A stretch of 64,000 bases of DNA from Pirellulales bacterium (GTDB taxonomy: Bacteria; Planctomycetota; Planctomycetia; Pirellulales; JADZDJ01): positions 248,167 through 312,166 of the forward strand of contig CAVZDC010000001.1 of assembly GCA_963773925.1 (NCBI GenBank), in the 5' to 3' direction. The position numbers and the translations under genes are program-made. Below are positions 30,092-42,141 of this stretch, one piece after another. The notes under the pieces were generated by a model. It ran no database searches. It worked only from the letters and a program-made list of their open reading frames with translations, and was not told the origin of the DNA. Numbering within the stretch: the first letter of the stretch is position 1; the number at the start of each line of letters is the position of its first letter.

Positions 30092-31559
30092 CTTGCGGCT
30101 CCTCCTGTTTTACCGGCAAAGTAATATGAAAGGTGCTCCCGCGATCGGCGTTGGATTCCGCCCACATCCGCCCGAAGTGAGCGTTGACAATCGATTGGCA
30201 AACCGCCAAACCCAATCCCAGGCCTTCCGGCTTGGTGGTGAAAAACGGTTCAAACAGTTTGGCGCTGTTTTCGGTGCTCAGGCCGGCACCCTGGTCACAG
30301 ACGGAAATCTGCACCACATCGTCGATCGCTCGGGTTCGCACGATCAATCGCCGATCCTGCTTGGCATTCTCCAACATTGACTCCACCGCGTTGCGCACCA
30401 GGTTCACAATCACCTGTTGAATTTGCACCGCGTCGGCCACCAGCGACGGAATACCCTCACCGAATTCACTCTGCAGCCTGACGTGATGCAACCGCAGGTC
30501 GAAATTCAACAGATTCAAGCAATCGCGCACCAGCGCATTGATCTCGACCGTTGAACGCCGCACGGGCGCTTTGCGGGCAAAACGTCCTGCGCGCGAATAA
30601 TTTCCGCCGCCCGGTTGGCTTGCTCCGAAATCTGACGAAGCCAACTGAACAGATTGGACCGGTGATTGACCGGCGTTTTCTCCAAAACGTTGATGCTGGC
30701 CTGCGCGAAGTTCGTGATCGCGTGCAATGGCTGGTTGATCTCGTGCGCAATTTCCGAAACCAACCCGCCGATCGTGCTTAAGCGAGACACATGGGCCAAT
30801 TCCGCCAGGTGCAGCTTGGTCTGTTCCTGGGCCCGCACCCGGCCGGTGATGTCGCGGCTAATATACAGCACCTTGTCCACTGTCCCATCGGGGGCAAACT
30901 CGGGCACGATATGCGATTCAAAATGCCGAGGACCGCGCGAATCCGTGTATGTGAACTCGTCCCTCTGCTCGCGCCCGGTGGCAAACACTTCACGTAACTT
31001 CTCGTCTCGAACTGCGCACCAAATTATCAGGCATATCGATTTCCGCATTTGTCTTACCGATAAACAGCTCGGGGGGAATTCCCGCGATTCCTTCGACGGC
31101 TTTATTGAAGTACACCAGACGCAACTGCCGGTCGTACCGAACAATAATGTCCGGCAAATTTTCCGCCAGCGTGCGGAAGTCGCGTTCGCCTTGGCGAAGC
31201 GTTTCAAAGGCAGCCCTGAGCTCCGCTTGCGACCGATGGACCATCAGTGTGATCCAGAGAATCACACCAGCCAACGGGATCGACGAGAGCTGCATGACCA
31301 TCGCCAACCAAATATGTTTTGCGGTCGCCGAGGATGGAGATAGAACGGCGCCAATGACGATCAACATCGCGCAAACAGAAAATAAGGTCCATGCGATCCG
31401 CGGCGACAGACACAAGGCCGCGATCATCAGCAAAGGGAAATACAGGATATGAATCGCCACGCCCAGTGGTATGACGAGGTCCAACGTAAGAATCGTCGCC
31501 ATGGCGATGATCAAAATGATCAACGGCAGCCAAGTTCGTTGCGACGTCCTGTCCACCAT
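30072..31559 (-). CDS. membrane-bound PAS sensor histidine kinase (two frameshifts, near 31005 and 30610)
   Basis: Three ORF pieces: a 5-TM N-terminus with PAS start (30990-31559), the PAS end with HisKA box SEIAHEINQPL (30515-31207), and HATPase_c ...DQGAGL...FFTTKPEGLGLGLAV... (30072-30644). Its stop overlaps the response regulator start by 20 nt. Confidence 0.8.
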
Positions 31560-31794
31560 TTCTAGCCCCTAACGCCGGAAACCTTCAACTCGGTCGCGGC
31601 GGGTTGCCGCACAGCACCATCCCTGACACAAGCTTTGCCTAATCTAATGCAATCGGCCGTTATCGGCGAGACAATTGTTCGTCCGTCCCAAAAATCAAAT
31701 GACAAATGCGCACCCGTCTTGCGGTTACCCGCATGCGCAGCGGCTGAATATGCCGCGGCTGACAGACAAGAGATTTGCCAGGATTGGCACTGCG

Positions 31795-32887
31795 CTATTC
31801 GCGCAGGGCAACTCGTACGTCCGAGACATCGATGTTGGCCACTGTCTCCACGTGTCCCATTTTGTCGGGCAACACAAACCTCAAGTCGCCCTGCTTCAGT
31901 TTTCTTGTCGTGCTGCATGATTGCTAGCAATCGATCGGGGTCGACGGCGGGAAGCTTGATGGGCAAACCCAATGCTTCCAGCAACGCCTGTTGACGATCG
32001 ACGAATTTTTCGTCCACTCGCCGCATCCGCTGCGCCAGCCGCGCCGCGCACATCATGCCGATCGAAACCCCCTCGCCGTGCAATAGCTGGCCATATCCCG
32101 TAGCCGCTTCCAAGGCATGACAGAAAGTGTGCCCGTAATTCAGCACCGCGCGTTGGCCGGTTTCTTCTCGTTCGTCCATCTCCACCACGTCGGCTTTGAG
32201 GCGGCAGCAGCGCTCGATTACCGCGGCTATTACAGCCGGCTCTCGCGCAACCAAGCCTGCGACGTCCCGCTCCAATCGAGCAAAAAAGTTCGCGTCCAAA
32301 ATCACGCCGTACTTAACCACTTCCGCCAGCCCTGCGCGATATTCCCGCTCCGGCAGCGTTTTCAAGGTCTGCGTATCGGCCAACACTCCCACCGGCTGCC
32401 AGAACGCCCCCACCATGTTTTTCGACACGGGCAAGTTGATGCCAACTTTGCCGCCGACGGAACTATCGACTTGAGCCAACAGCGTAGTAGGAACTTGCGC
32501 AAACGGAAGACCTCGTGCAAAAGTGGCGGCCACAAAGCCGGCCAGATCGCCCACCACGCCGCCGCCGACGGCCACAACCAGCGTTTTGCGATCCTGCGCC
32601 AAGCTCCAATAGCTTCTGCCACAGCCGGTCCGCTTCGCCCACGCATTTGCTCTGCTCACCGGCCGCGACAGCCAGCGTCTCGACCTTCGCCCCGGTTGCC
32701 TCCAGGCTCTGCGCCACTGCCGGCGCGTAGAGGGCGCCACGCTACTGTCCGAGATTAAGATCGCGCGGCCAATGGCGCCTCGTTGGCAAAAAAAACGGCC
32801 GGCTTCCGACAAGCAGCCGCTGCCAATGCGAATTTCATAGCTTCGCTGCTTCAACTCGACGCGAACGGATAAATTGGAATCAGCCAC
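31795..32887 (-). CDS. aroB: 3-dehydroquinate synthase (three frameshifts, near 32720, 32590 and 31890)
   Basis: GTG 32887 gives VADSNLSVRVELKQRSYEIRIG.... Core ...VAVGGGVVGDLAGFVAATFARGLPFAQVPTTLLAQVDSSVGGKVGIN...NYGHTFCHALE...HGEGVSIGM. Reconstructed C-terminus ...TEAGRLRFVLPDKMGHVETVANIDVSDVRVALRE*. Confidence 0.8.
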
Positions 32888-32931
32888 GGGTGGTGCCGGA
32901 TGTGTGTAAGAACAAATCAACCAGCGCAATT

Positions 32932-33159
32932 CTACCGCGCTGCCAGCCGTTCCAAATCCGCCTGTGTCACAGTAATCTGCCGGCAAAAACCCGTGTGCTG
33001 CCGCAAATAACTTAGTTCGGCGGCACTTTTTGGATCCGCGTGCAATCCCGCCTCCACGCGGCGCCGGTCGGCCAGCTCCCAATCGTCAAACTCTTCCGGC
33101 CAGAGCGTGGCTTGCTCCATCACCAACGCTTCGCGGTAGGGATCGAATTCGTTCGCCAT
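32932..33159 (-). CDS. small hypothetical acidic protein (75 aa)
   Basis: MANEFDPYREALVMEQATLWPEEFDDWELADRRRVEAGLHADPKSAAEL.... Intact, 45 nt upstream of aroB on the same strand. Confidence 0.45.
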   Translation of the reverse strand: MANEFDPYREALVMEQATLWPEEFDDWELADRRRVEAGLHADPKSAAELSYLRQHTGFCRQITVTQADLERLAAR

Positions 33160-33185
33160 CGAACCCGGCTTTGATGTTTTGTGCA

Positions 33186-33226
33186 AAATAGCCGGAGGGC
33201 AACGCCCCTCCGGAGAATCGCCAATA
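33186..33226. repeat. REP-like element family 1 (AAATAGCCGGAGGGCAACGCCCTCCGGAGAAYCGCCA), copy a
   Basis: caaaatagccggagggcaacgcccctccggagaatcgccaa. Hairpin ccggaggg/ccctccgg. Near-identical copies lie at 34765-34803 and 46135-46180. Confidence 0.75.
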
Positions 33227-33293
33227 CGCTCCCCACCCCAAGCGTGCCCAGTATACTAATTGCCTACCCATCAGCCAATCGCCCGAGGCCTTC

Positions 33294-33806
33294 ATGAAAC
33301 GCGGAACAATCCTGGCTTTGCTGATTGTGATCATCGGAGTCGCGGCCGGTGTTTGGACCATCTTTGCTCGCCACCACCAAATGCGCCGCGTGCTGCAGGC
33401 CTTTACCCCCGCCACGGCCGAGATGATCGCCCATGCGCCGCAGGTGGAAATGCTGCGATTGGTTCCCGACACTTCCGCCGCCGGCGAGCACGCCGATCTG
33501 TTGGGAATCGGCGACAAGGTGTATCGAGTCGCCCAACGCAAAGACGTCTCCGCCGCCAATGGGTTCACATATCTTCGCACCGCGTTGTTGAACGACGCCA
33601 GTTACGACTGGGATCAGCCCGTCGAAGCGGCCCAGCGCGTCTGGCAATACATCTTGGACTTCAGCGATGGCCCTTCGCACTTCCTCTTCGCCTTCGACTT
33701 CACCGCTCCCTGCATGATGAAGTTGGAAGGGGGCAAAACCGTCTCCATCCGCCCCATCGCCAACGGGGCCGAACAGTTCTTTCACGAACAGCTCCCGCCC
33801 CAGTAA
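33294..33806 (+). CDS. hypothetical N-terminally anchored protein (170 aa)
   Basis: MKRGTILALLIVIIGVAAGVWTIF.... Intact ORF. No family recognised. Confidence 0.5.
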   Translation: MKRGTILALLIVIIGVAAGVWTIFARHHQMRRVLQAFTPATAEMIAHAPQVEMLRLVPDTSAAGEHADLLGIGDKVYRVAQRKDVSAANGFTYLRTALLNDASYDWDQPVEAAQRVWQYILDFSDGPSHFLFAFDFTAPCMMKLEGGKTVSIRPIANGAEQFFHEQLPPQ

Positions 33807-33929
33807 ATTTCACCGGTTTTCCCTGGGGAAATGCGGCCGAATCGGCCTAGGATGGTTCGTCGCGGTCTCTCTATAATCCCGCCGCTTTCCGACCCCCTCA
33901 CTTCCTACTCCCTTCCTTCGTCTTCGAGT

Positions 33930-34763
33930 ATGCGTTCGATCGCCATTCTGAATCAAAAAGGCGGGGTGGGTAAAACCACCACCGCCGTCAATCTCAGCGC
34001 GGCCCTGGCGGCCGCCAATCGCCAGGTCTGCCTGCTTGATATCGATCCGCAGGCTCACGCCACCTTGCACTTGGGCGTAACGCCCGGTGATGGATGCAAA
34101 TCCATTTACGAAGTCTTGCTCAACAGCGCTGCGCTGGCCGAAGCACTGCACCACGTGGGCCCAAACCTCTCCGTCATAGGTTCGCACATCGATCTGGCTG
34201 CGGCCGAAGTGGAACTGGCCGGCGTCGTCGGCCGCGAAGTCATATTGCGCGACAAGCTCAGCGAATTGCTGACGCCGAATTCTGCACAAAACAGCTTCGA
34301 CTATCTGCTGATCGACTGCCCCCCGTCGCTGGGCATTCTCACGCTCAATGCATTGGCGGCGGTGGATGAAGTGCTGCTGCCCTTGCAGCCGCACTTCCTC
34401 GCCCTGCACGGTCTAAGCAAATTGCTGCAGACAATCGAGCTTGTCTCCCGGCGATTGAACCCACGGCTGAAGCTGGCCGGTGTGGTGCTGTGCCAGTACG
34501 AAGCCGCCACCCGCCTGGCCGCCGAAGTAGCCCAAAACATCGAGGAATTCTTTGCCGGCGAGCGCAGCAAAACCCGCCCCTGGTCGGCCGCCCGAATTTT
34601 CCAATCGCGCATCCGCCGCAACATTCGTTTGGCCGAAGCCCCCAGCTTTGGCCAATCGATTTTCCAGTACTCCCCTTCCTGCCCCGGCGCCGAAGATTAC
34701 CGCCTGCTCTCCGAAGAACTGCTGCACCTGGAATCAAAACAGCGATTTGCCAAAGCAGCCTAG
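33930..34763 (+). CDS. ParA/Soj-family ATPase
   Basis: MRSIAILNQKGGVGKTTTAVNLSAALA...LLIDCPPSLG.... Deviant Walker A. ATG 33930 chosen over the ORF-track start 33831. Confidence 0.9.
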   Translation: MRSIAILNQKGGVGKTTTAVNLSAALAAANRQVCLLDIDPQAHATLHLGVTPGDGCKSIYEVLLNSAALAEALHHVGPNLSVIGSHIDLAAAEVELAGVVGREVILRDKLSELLTPNSAQNSFDYLLIDCPPSLGILTLNALAAVDEVLLPLQPHFLALHGLSKLLQTIELVSRRLNPRLKLAGVVLCQYEAATRLAAEVAQNIEEFFAGERSKTRPWSAARIFQSRIRRNIRLAEAPSFGQSIFQYSPSCPGAEDYRLLSEELLHLESKQRFAKAA

Positions 34764-34764
34764 T

Positions 34765-34848
34765 CAAATAGCCGGAGGGCAACGCCCTCCGGAGAACCGC
34801 CACCCCAACTCTCACTCGGCCGGGTGGCACGCCCTATAAGGGCGTGGG
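34765..34848. repeat. REP family 1 copy b (34765-34803) followed by REP family 4 copy 2 (34822-34848), between convergent parA and the TPR gene
   Basis: caaatagccggagggcaacgccctccggagaaccgcca ... gggtggcacgccctataagggcgtggg. Confidence 0.7.
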
Positions 34849-34865
34849 AAACGTCGCCTAATCAT

Positions 34866-35438
34866 CTACACCGCGATGCTCGTAATCGCCTGAAATTCCG
34901 GATCGCCGCGGAACGGATCGAAATCGTGCTCCGCCTCGATCAAACTCCGGAACCCGCTATCCAGCGACAAGGCCTGCGAAAGATACGCCAGCGCCTGCCG
35001 CTTGTTCCGCGCCAGGCTCCAGTAACAAGCCAGGTTGTAGTTCACCAGCGCGCTGCCCGGCTCCAGGTCCAGCGCCTCTTCCAGCGATTCGATCGCCAAA
35101 TCGATCCGCCCGGTGCGCTTGTAACACCAGCCCAAAGCCAGCCAGGCATCGATGTTCTGCGGATCGTCCTTGGCAGCTTGGTTCAGCGGAGCCAGCGCCT
35201 CTTTGTAGCGCTCCAGCGTCCGCAGCGCTTGGCCTTTGATCAACTGCAACTGCGGGCTGTGGGTCGCCGTGCCGTTGCAGTGTTCGATCACCGCCAAAGC
35301 CCGATGCGCCAGGCAATCGCGCACCTCGGCGGGCAGGGGCCATTGCTCGCTAAATAGTGCCGCCAGGTCGAGATATCCCTCGGCCTCGCGCACAAGCTGC
35401 TGTCGTCGCAACCGATCGATGGCAGACACGGCAGGCAA
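34866..35438 (-). CDS. tetratricopeptide repeat protein
   Basis: Intact 190-aa ORF. TPR-like ...AWLALGWCYKRTGRIDLAIESLEEALDLEPGSALVNYNLACYWSLARNKRQALAYLSQAL. Confidence 0.75.
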   Translation of the reverse strand: MPAVSAIDRLRRQQLVREAEGYLDLAALFSEQWPLPAEVRDCLAHRALAVIEHCNGTATHSPQLQLIKGQALRTLERYKEALAPLNQAAKDDPQNIDAWLALGWCYKRTGRIDLAIESLEEALDLEPGSALVNYNLACYWSLARNKRQALAYLSQALSLDSGFRSLIEAEHDFDPFRGDPEFQAITSIAV

Positions 35439-35872
35439 GCTCCAAGAATCGACCCCTCGTGGATTGGATTAAGAACCGGCGCCACCTGCCGCGAGCTGAA
35501 CGATTGGCTCGCTCTCCGGCGGCGCCATTTCATCGGCGTGGCCTTTTCACCACACCGCAACCCGACAACTCAATATTACACAGCAATTGGCTCAATCCAA
35601 AACATTCTCGGCCTGCTGGACCGGAAATTTTCCAACCTTGCTGCGCAACGAAACACCGGCGCAAGCCCCAACGACAGGAGAAGAGATAACGCCGCCCGGT
35701 CGCTGTTGGATGAAACCACGATTGATGTTGCGGCGAAACAACGTGTCGCCGGAATTCAACCGCGCTGTTGCCGTGACGCGGCAAGCCGCGCGGCGTGCCG
35801 GCGGCTCCCACCGGCCGCAAGTGCCGGTTCTGCAAGCGCTTTCGCATTCCCGGCTCGCGCATGCCAATTACT

Positions 35873-36376
35873 ATGGCGCAGCGCTTGCATTTGCCTTCCC
35901 ACACCCGGCCGCAGCACTCCTTAGCTTTTCACCATCGCCGGGATTTTCAAAATTCGAGGGTTCTCGCCGTGCGTTGGATCATCGGAATTATCGCCGTAGC
36001 GATCGTCGTCGGTTGGGTGACCTGCCAGGTTAACATTGCGGATGTCATCACCGATAACCACGTCGTCCATACCGTGTGGCGACACACCGCTGCCGGTTGG
36101 GAAAAGGTGTCGGCCCTGTCGGGACTGAAGTTCCAGCCCAGTGCAATTACCGACGTGTGGAACACCCATCCGCATCCAGTGATCATTGCATCGCTGGTCG
36201 CGATGCTCTCCTTGATGGCCCTGATTGCCTTCAATCCCGCGAAACGCCCGGTTCTGGAAGAGCCGAAGCTGCCCGCGCGGCTCGTGAAATCTGCCGACAG
36301 CACGATGCCGGCCCCGCATTGCGGCGAGTTGGAACTTCGCAGCCGAGCCTGGTACGAACAGGCAAATTTGCCTTAG
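35873..36376 (+). CDS. hypothetical two-TM membrane protein (start uncertain: ATG 35873 or GTG 35969)
   Basis: ...VRWIIGIIAVAIVVGWVTC...HPVIIASLVAMLSLMALIAF.... Confidence 0.45.
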   Translation: MAQRLHLPSHTRPQHSLAFHHRRDFQNSRVLAVRWIIGIIAVAIVVGWVTCQVNIADVITDNHVVHTVWRHTAAGWEKVSALSGLKFQPSAITDVWNTHPHPVIIASLVAMLSLMALIAFNPAKRPVLEEPKLPARLVKSADSTMPAPHCGELELRSRAWYEQANLP

Positions 36377-36568
36377 TTTAAGCAAATTCTCCGCGAACAA
36401 ACTCTTCGCCCTAACCGGGCTGCCACCCTGGAATTGCGGCGGATGCTAGCGCCGCTTGTGCGTCTCGCGGCGCCATTTTTCGAGCGCTTCTGTACGTCGG
36501 CTCGCGCCGCTTCCCACTATTACTTGTAGGGAAGATCTCTTTGCACCAGCGAGACTCGGAGCACCGCC

Positions 36569-38807
36569 ATGCGACTCACCTTGCGCACCATGCTGGCATA
36601 TCTCGACGATATCCTGGAACCCGCCGATCGGGAGGAAATCGGCCGCAAAATCGAGGAAAGCGAATTCGCCAAGCAACTCGTCAACCGCATTCGCGAGTCT
36701 ACGCATAAGTTGCGGCTGGGAGCGCCCAAACTTTCCGGCAAGGGCCCCGGCATGGATCCCAACACCGTGGCCGAATATTTAGACAATACCCTGGCCGGCG
36801 AGCGCGTCCCCGATTTCGAAAAAGTCTGCCTCGAATCCGATACGCATCTGGCCGAAGTCGCCGCCTCCCATCAAATTCTCACATTGGTGTTGGGCCAGCC
36901 GGTCGATGTCGATCCGGCCATGAAGCGCCGCATTTATGGGCTGCTTCGCCCTCCGGAAATGCCGCGATCCATCGAACCGGTCGGCGCCCCCGGCGGCGAA
37001 CGTTTTGCTGCCGGCGACGATGAGGGAATCATCCCCGGCCGCCAAAGGGTGGAAGTGCCCGAGTATTTGCGCGATCGCCCTGGGAGTTCCAAATGGCGCA
37101 CGATTGTAGCGGGGCTGGCATTGGTAGTGCTGTTGTGCGGTGCAATCACCATGGCCTTAGGCCCGTTGGATCGCACCAATCCCGTACGCGCGGTGGCTCG
37201 GCCTCGGCAAGCCGCCAGAGAGTCAAGTCGCTCAGAACAAACCAAGCGAACCTGCGCCGGCCGCCAACCCAGCCTCGCAGCCCGAGAAATCCCAGGAGTC
37301 TAATTCGCCGGAAAGCGCCGCCAGTGCAACTCCGCCCGGCGGCAAAACTGCCAAAGCCGGCGAAAAATCGCCGCCAGCCGCCGAGGAAAAGCCGGCCGAA
37401 TCGAAACCCGGCGTCGCGGCGTCGTCCGACGAATCGGCAGCCAAGCCATCGGCGGAGACAGCGCCGGCAACCGCATCCGACACCGGCGCTGAAAGTCCGC
37501 CAACAAGCGCCGCGCCCCCAACACCGGAACCAGGTGCCTCGGCAAGCCCAGCCATGCCCACGGATGCCACAGCCTCCGCGCCGGTGCCCGCCGATCCGGG
37601 CCGCAGTTCGCCCCTGCCGCCGCAAGCCGAGCCTGCGGCCGGAAGTCCCGCCGTTCCTGCCCCCGCGCAACCAGCCGACGTTTTGTTGGGTCGTTTGTTG
37701 CCCGGCAAGGGCGTTGTGCTGCTGAAGCTCGATCCGACGTCCGGTCAATGGAATCGCCTGGCCGCCAGCAGCCCGTTAACCGCCGGCGACAAACTTTTGG
37801 TACTCCCCACCTTCCGGCCCACGCTGGCGCTTTCCTCGGGCATCACGTTGCAGGTGCCTTCCGAAACATTGATTGAACTGTTGGCGCCGGATGCCAACGG
37901 CGTGCCGGGCGTCCGCCTTCATTCTGGCCGCCTGATCATCATGACCAACGGCCAATCGGGCGCCAAACTACGGCTCGATATGGGCGTTGCCAACGGGCTG
38001 ATGCTGTTTACCGACTCCGAAGCCACGCTGGCCGCCGAAGTGCAGCGCTACCATCCGCCGGGCGTTGACCCCGAAGCCCAAGACGCCCAAATCGCCGCCG
38101 ACCTGTATGCCGTGAGCGGCCGCGTGCAATGGAGTCCCGCCAACGGCGAAGCCTCGACACTTACCGCCCCGCAAACTGTGGTGATCGCCGCGCGTCCGTC
38201 CGATCAGGCCGCCTCCGATGCCGGCAAGCCAATTCCCAAATGGGTCGCTTCGGAGCAAATTATCCCGCTGAACGCCTTGGCAGCCGATGATTTGGTGAAA
38301 ACCATTTCCGACGACAAGCGCCCGCTGCTTTTGGAGCTCCGCGAAATGGCCGACAGCCGCCGCATTGAATGCCGTTCGCTGGCCGTGCAATGCCTGGCGC
38401 TGCTGGATCAATTTGAACCGCTGATCGTCGCTTTGGGCGATTCCGACGAACGCGCCGTGTGGCCGGTGCACATCGCCAGCGTTCGCGCCGCGCTGGCTCG
38501 CGGGCCGGCCACGGCCGCCAAAGTGCGCGAAGCCTTTCAAAAACAGCGCGGCGACGACGACGGCCGCGAACTGTATCGCATGCTCTGGGGCTACACCCGC
38601 GACCAATTGCAAGGCGGCGATGCGGCCAAGTTGGTTGGTTACCTGAGCAACGACAATCTCGATTTCCGCGTGTTGGCCTTCGCAGACTTGCAGGAAATTT
38701 GCCACCTGACGTTCAATTACCGCCCCGATGCCCCCGCCGCCAGCCGCGAAGGCCCGGTCAACCGCTGGCAAGATCAGCAGCGCAAAGGGCTAATCGTGCC
38801 CAAGTAG
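36569..38807 (+). CDS. large hypothetical protein: anti-sigma-like N-terminus, one TM, Pro/Ala/Ser-rich linker, conserved C-terminal domain (one frameshift near 37190)
   Basis: MRLTLRTMLAYLDDILEPADREEIGRKIEESEFAKQLVNRI...WRTIVAGLALVVLLCGAITMALGPLDRTNPVR/WLGLGKPPESQVAQNKPSEPAPAANPAS... continues into ORF 37554-38807. Confidence 0.55.
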
Positions 38808-38823
38808 CCGCTAACCAGCTCGA

Positions 38824-41573
38824 TCAACGAAGCGGGGGGGCGCCGAAGATCGGCTGCGATGCCATCGGCGCGGGCGATCGAGTCGCCGCGGAATTTGGCG
38901 TGGAATTCGCCCCGCCACGCCGCACCAGCCGCACTGACACGTCGTCGATGCACGCCTCGCCCAAGCCGGTCAAAGCGAATGTCACGGTGAGATTGCTCGA
39001 CGAAGCCGCCGCTCGATAAAGCGTGAACTGCCGCCAGCCGTTGGTTTCGCCGATCCGCTCAGCCAGCGGTTCGCTCCCCAGCGAATCGATAATCATTAAC
39101 CCGTCGATGCTGCCGCTAATCGGCTCCTTTACCCGCGCCTGGCCGCGGATGCAAACCACGTCTCCTTCGTCCAAATGAATCGGCGCGCTCGTGATCCACA
39201 ACGGCGTCGATTCCACCAGCGTGGGCACCGCGTCCGGCTGAATGGCCCGCGCCTGCAACCGCAGACTAAACCGCCCCCCGTACGGCGCGGTCGGCGAAAG
39301 CTCGACGCTCGATTGCACAGCCGGCTGCGCGTGCTCGAAGTGCTGCCAGCCAGACTGCAGCATTGCCGGCAAATCCTCAAAGTCGCCGCCCGCCAGTAAA
39401 TTCTCTCCGGGCACCGACAGCGCCAGCCACGACATGATGTTGATCTGCTCCGGCAACGTGGCGAAACTGGAAGCCAACGGACTTTCAGCCGGCGAACTAA
39501 TCGGTTTCACCGTCCGCTCCCAGGCTTCGCGCCGCCAACGTCCCAGCGGCAGCGTCGCGTTTCGCGCCGCCAAATACGCCCGGCTGTAATCGCCGGCCTT
39601 CAGCAATTCGTCGGCTCGCGCCAATGCCGTTCGGGCTTCGGCCACAATCGTGGCCGACGGCGGCAGTTGCGGTTGCTGCCCCAACCGCCGAGCAACCGCT
39701 TCAGTCTCGGCCAACAAGGCGGCTGACAGATCGCGCTGCAGTTGCGCCGCCCGGGGGGCCAATTGGGCTGTGCGATGCGTCATCGAATTGATTACCACCG
39801 GATCGGGCGTAATCAGCACGGCGGAGGTCAACAGAAAATCTTCCAAATTCACCGACACGCCGCCGGCCACCCGCTTGTGCGGCAACGGCCTCAAACCGGC
39901 GGGAGTTAGCTCGTACACGCTGTAAGCGTCGGGCACGCCAGGTACGACCAACGCCGCGCCCTGATCGTGCGGCGCCGCCACGTATTGCGACCACTTGGAA
40001 CATCGCATCGCCAGCAACAGCCGGGCATTGTCGGCGCTGAGCACCACGCCGCGGATATTCTGATCGGTCGACGCGGCGCTGGCCACGTAATTGCCCGCCG
40101 CCCCCCAGGGTTCAATCAGTTCCAACTCCAAATTCAAAAGCGCCAACGACAACGCCCGAATGCGCGTAGTATTGTCATTCGCATCGAGCCGCGAACTCGA
40201 GGCGAATTCGATGCCGCGCGCCCCCGCGGCAAACGCCTGATATGTCAGCAATCGCAGCGCCTCGGGATCGACCGTCGGCTCCGGCGCCTGTTTGCCGGCT
40301 AGCGCCGCGCATTGAGCAACCAATTCCGGCGCCATCTCCGTCTGCACGGTCGTCCACAGTGGCGTGCCGGGCCGCGCCAATCGAGGGCGCTCCCGCAGCC
40401 ACGCCCCATAATCTTTCAATTCCAAACTGGTGCCCAGCGGAGACCTCGAGGAAGTTAACACGTCGAGCTGCCGGCTGTAGGCCAGCGATTGCTCTTCCAC
40501 GCTGCCGATAAGCGGCCGCCTCAATTGTCGGTCGGCGGCGCGCAACTGCTTGGTCAGCGTGATGATGCCCGGAAGTTCGCGGCTGGCCAAACCGCTGCCC
40601 AAATTCCACGCCAGCACCGGTTCGTACGCGGCAGCAATCTCGCCAATCGCCCCGCCGTCATCGGCCGCTTGCTGCGCACTTGTCGGCGGCGGGCCGATCA
40701 GCCACACGCCCGCTTGTTGCGCCTCGGCCAGCAATTCCGCTGTAATCGGCGCTGTCGTGCGCACCGTGTTGAATCCCTGTTGCTTGAGCCACGCCAGCGG
40801 TTCCCCCTGCGATCGAATTACGCGCGGCAGTATCGGCTTCCCGTCGACCAATAGCAGCGAACCATCGATCGTTACCTGCCGTGACGTCGCGCCCGAACTG
40901 TTTACCGCCGCGACAGGCTCCGTTGCCGATGCCTGCTGCACGTCGCCGCTGCGAGGCACCAGTCCGGCCACTTCCAGATCGTCGATCAACACCGCTGTCT
41001 GCCCCGGACCGCCATAAACGTTCAATAGCACCTGATCGACATACGCTTCTCGCGGCTCAACGTCCGGACCGATCTGCGCGCGCAGTACGCGCACCTGCCG
41101 GCTAAGCAATTGCGGAATATCCACAATCCGCAGTTGCTGCCACGATCCAACCGACGAATAACTGCTCCCGCGCACCAGCGTGGCAATCGGTTTGCCGGTC
41201 CGCGGATCCAGCGACTGCGGCAATATCACGCGCGCCAAAATCTGAATGCCCGGCCGGTTCGCTTTCACCCACACGCTGGGCGTCAGTTCGGCAACAATTC
41301 GCGCCGCCGGCACGTCGTGCGTGAAGTATGCGTATGTTCCCAGCGACCCGGAAATCTGTATCAGCTCCGAACCGTGGCCGGCATGGGCGTCGCCCGAGAC
41401 GCGCTCTTTGCGCTCCACGCGATATTCGAGATCCGCTTCTCCCGGCTGCCAACTGGCTTGCGGCCCTTCAAATTCCTCGTGCCATGCCGCCGGCGCGCAC
41501 TTTGCCGTTACAGCCATCTGCGCCAAACGGCCAGGAAAAACAGCACTAGGCTTCGGCAAACAACGCGGTCCAT
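38824..41573 (-). CDS. large secreted hypothetical protein with glycosidase-like TIM-barrel-type segment (one frameshift near 41530)
   Basis: The signal peptide MDRVVCRSLVLFFLAVW is in a different frame from the body ...MAVTAKCAPAAWHEEFEG.... The segment LLVDGKPILPRVIRSQGEPLAWLKQQGFNTVRT resembles glycoside-hydrolase openings. Function not established. Confidence 0.5.
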
Positions 41574-41859
41574 GCGTTTCCGCTTTTGCATCCGTGCAAG
41601 GCGCCTGGCGGGGCGGCGCTTGAAGTGGCAAAAAGCCAACGCCTCTTCGGGGCTCGCTATAGGCGCAACATGGCCTTGTATCAAGATTTACGAACAGAAA
41701 CCAGATCGGCTGTGGCGTCCGGGCAACACCGGGAATTTCAGATGCTGGCGAAGCTGCAACTCTTAAGTCTTTTCCCGACAGCGTGTTATGGCGCGATGAA
41801 TCTCCCAGTGCCAAGTCCGGCACACCGGCTGCTTATGTCTTCTACCAAAGGAAATCATC

Positions 41860-42141
41860 ATGAGCACCGCCGGCCATATCTCGAAACAAACCCAAGACGA
41901 ATTGCCCGCCGATGTTGTCGAATTGATCGCCGCGATCGACAGGTTGCCGGCCACTCATCGCCAATCGGTCGAACCGGCCTTTTCTCGGGTAATCGAAAGC
42001 ACTCGCCGCCGCCGCCGCATTCTCACCCTGGTGCAAGATGCCCTGTCGCAACTGCGCCTGGACATGAAGTATCTCATGTTCGATCTGGAAGCCACCCGGC
42101 GCGAACGCGACGATTTCCGCCGTCAATCCGAGGAAATCTAG
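41860..42141 (+). CDS. small hypothetical helical protein (93 aa)
   Basis: MSTAGHISKQTQDELPADVVELIAAIDRL...LRLDMKYLMFDLEATRRERDDFRRQSEEI. Intact ORF. Confidence 0.45.
   Translation: MSTAGHISKQTQDELPADVVELIAAIDRLPATHRQSVEPAFSRVIESTRRRRRILTLVQDALSQLRLDMKYLMFDLEATRRERDDFRRQSEEI

Noticed and set aside
35439-35872. Possible gene in the 430-bp TPR / membrane-protein divergent spacer (ORFs 35538-35924 and 35587-36033)
   Set aside because: No motif or convincing start was found. The two candidate frames overlap each other. A frameshifted gene cannot be excluded, but I cannot support a call.
37093-37748. Arg-rich or Gly-rich ORFs on both strands (37093-37725 +, 37146-37748 -, 37232-37708 -)
   Set aside because: They are alternative frames of the Pro/Ala/Ser-rich linker of the 36569-38807 gene. 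The frame giving ...KPSEPAPAANPASQPEKSQESNSPESAAS... connects sensibly to both flanking domains.
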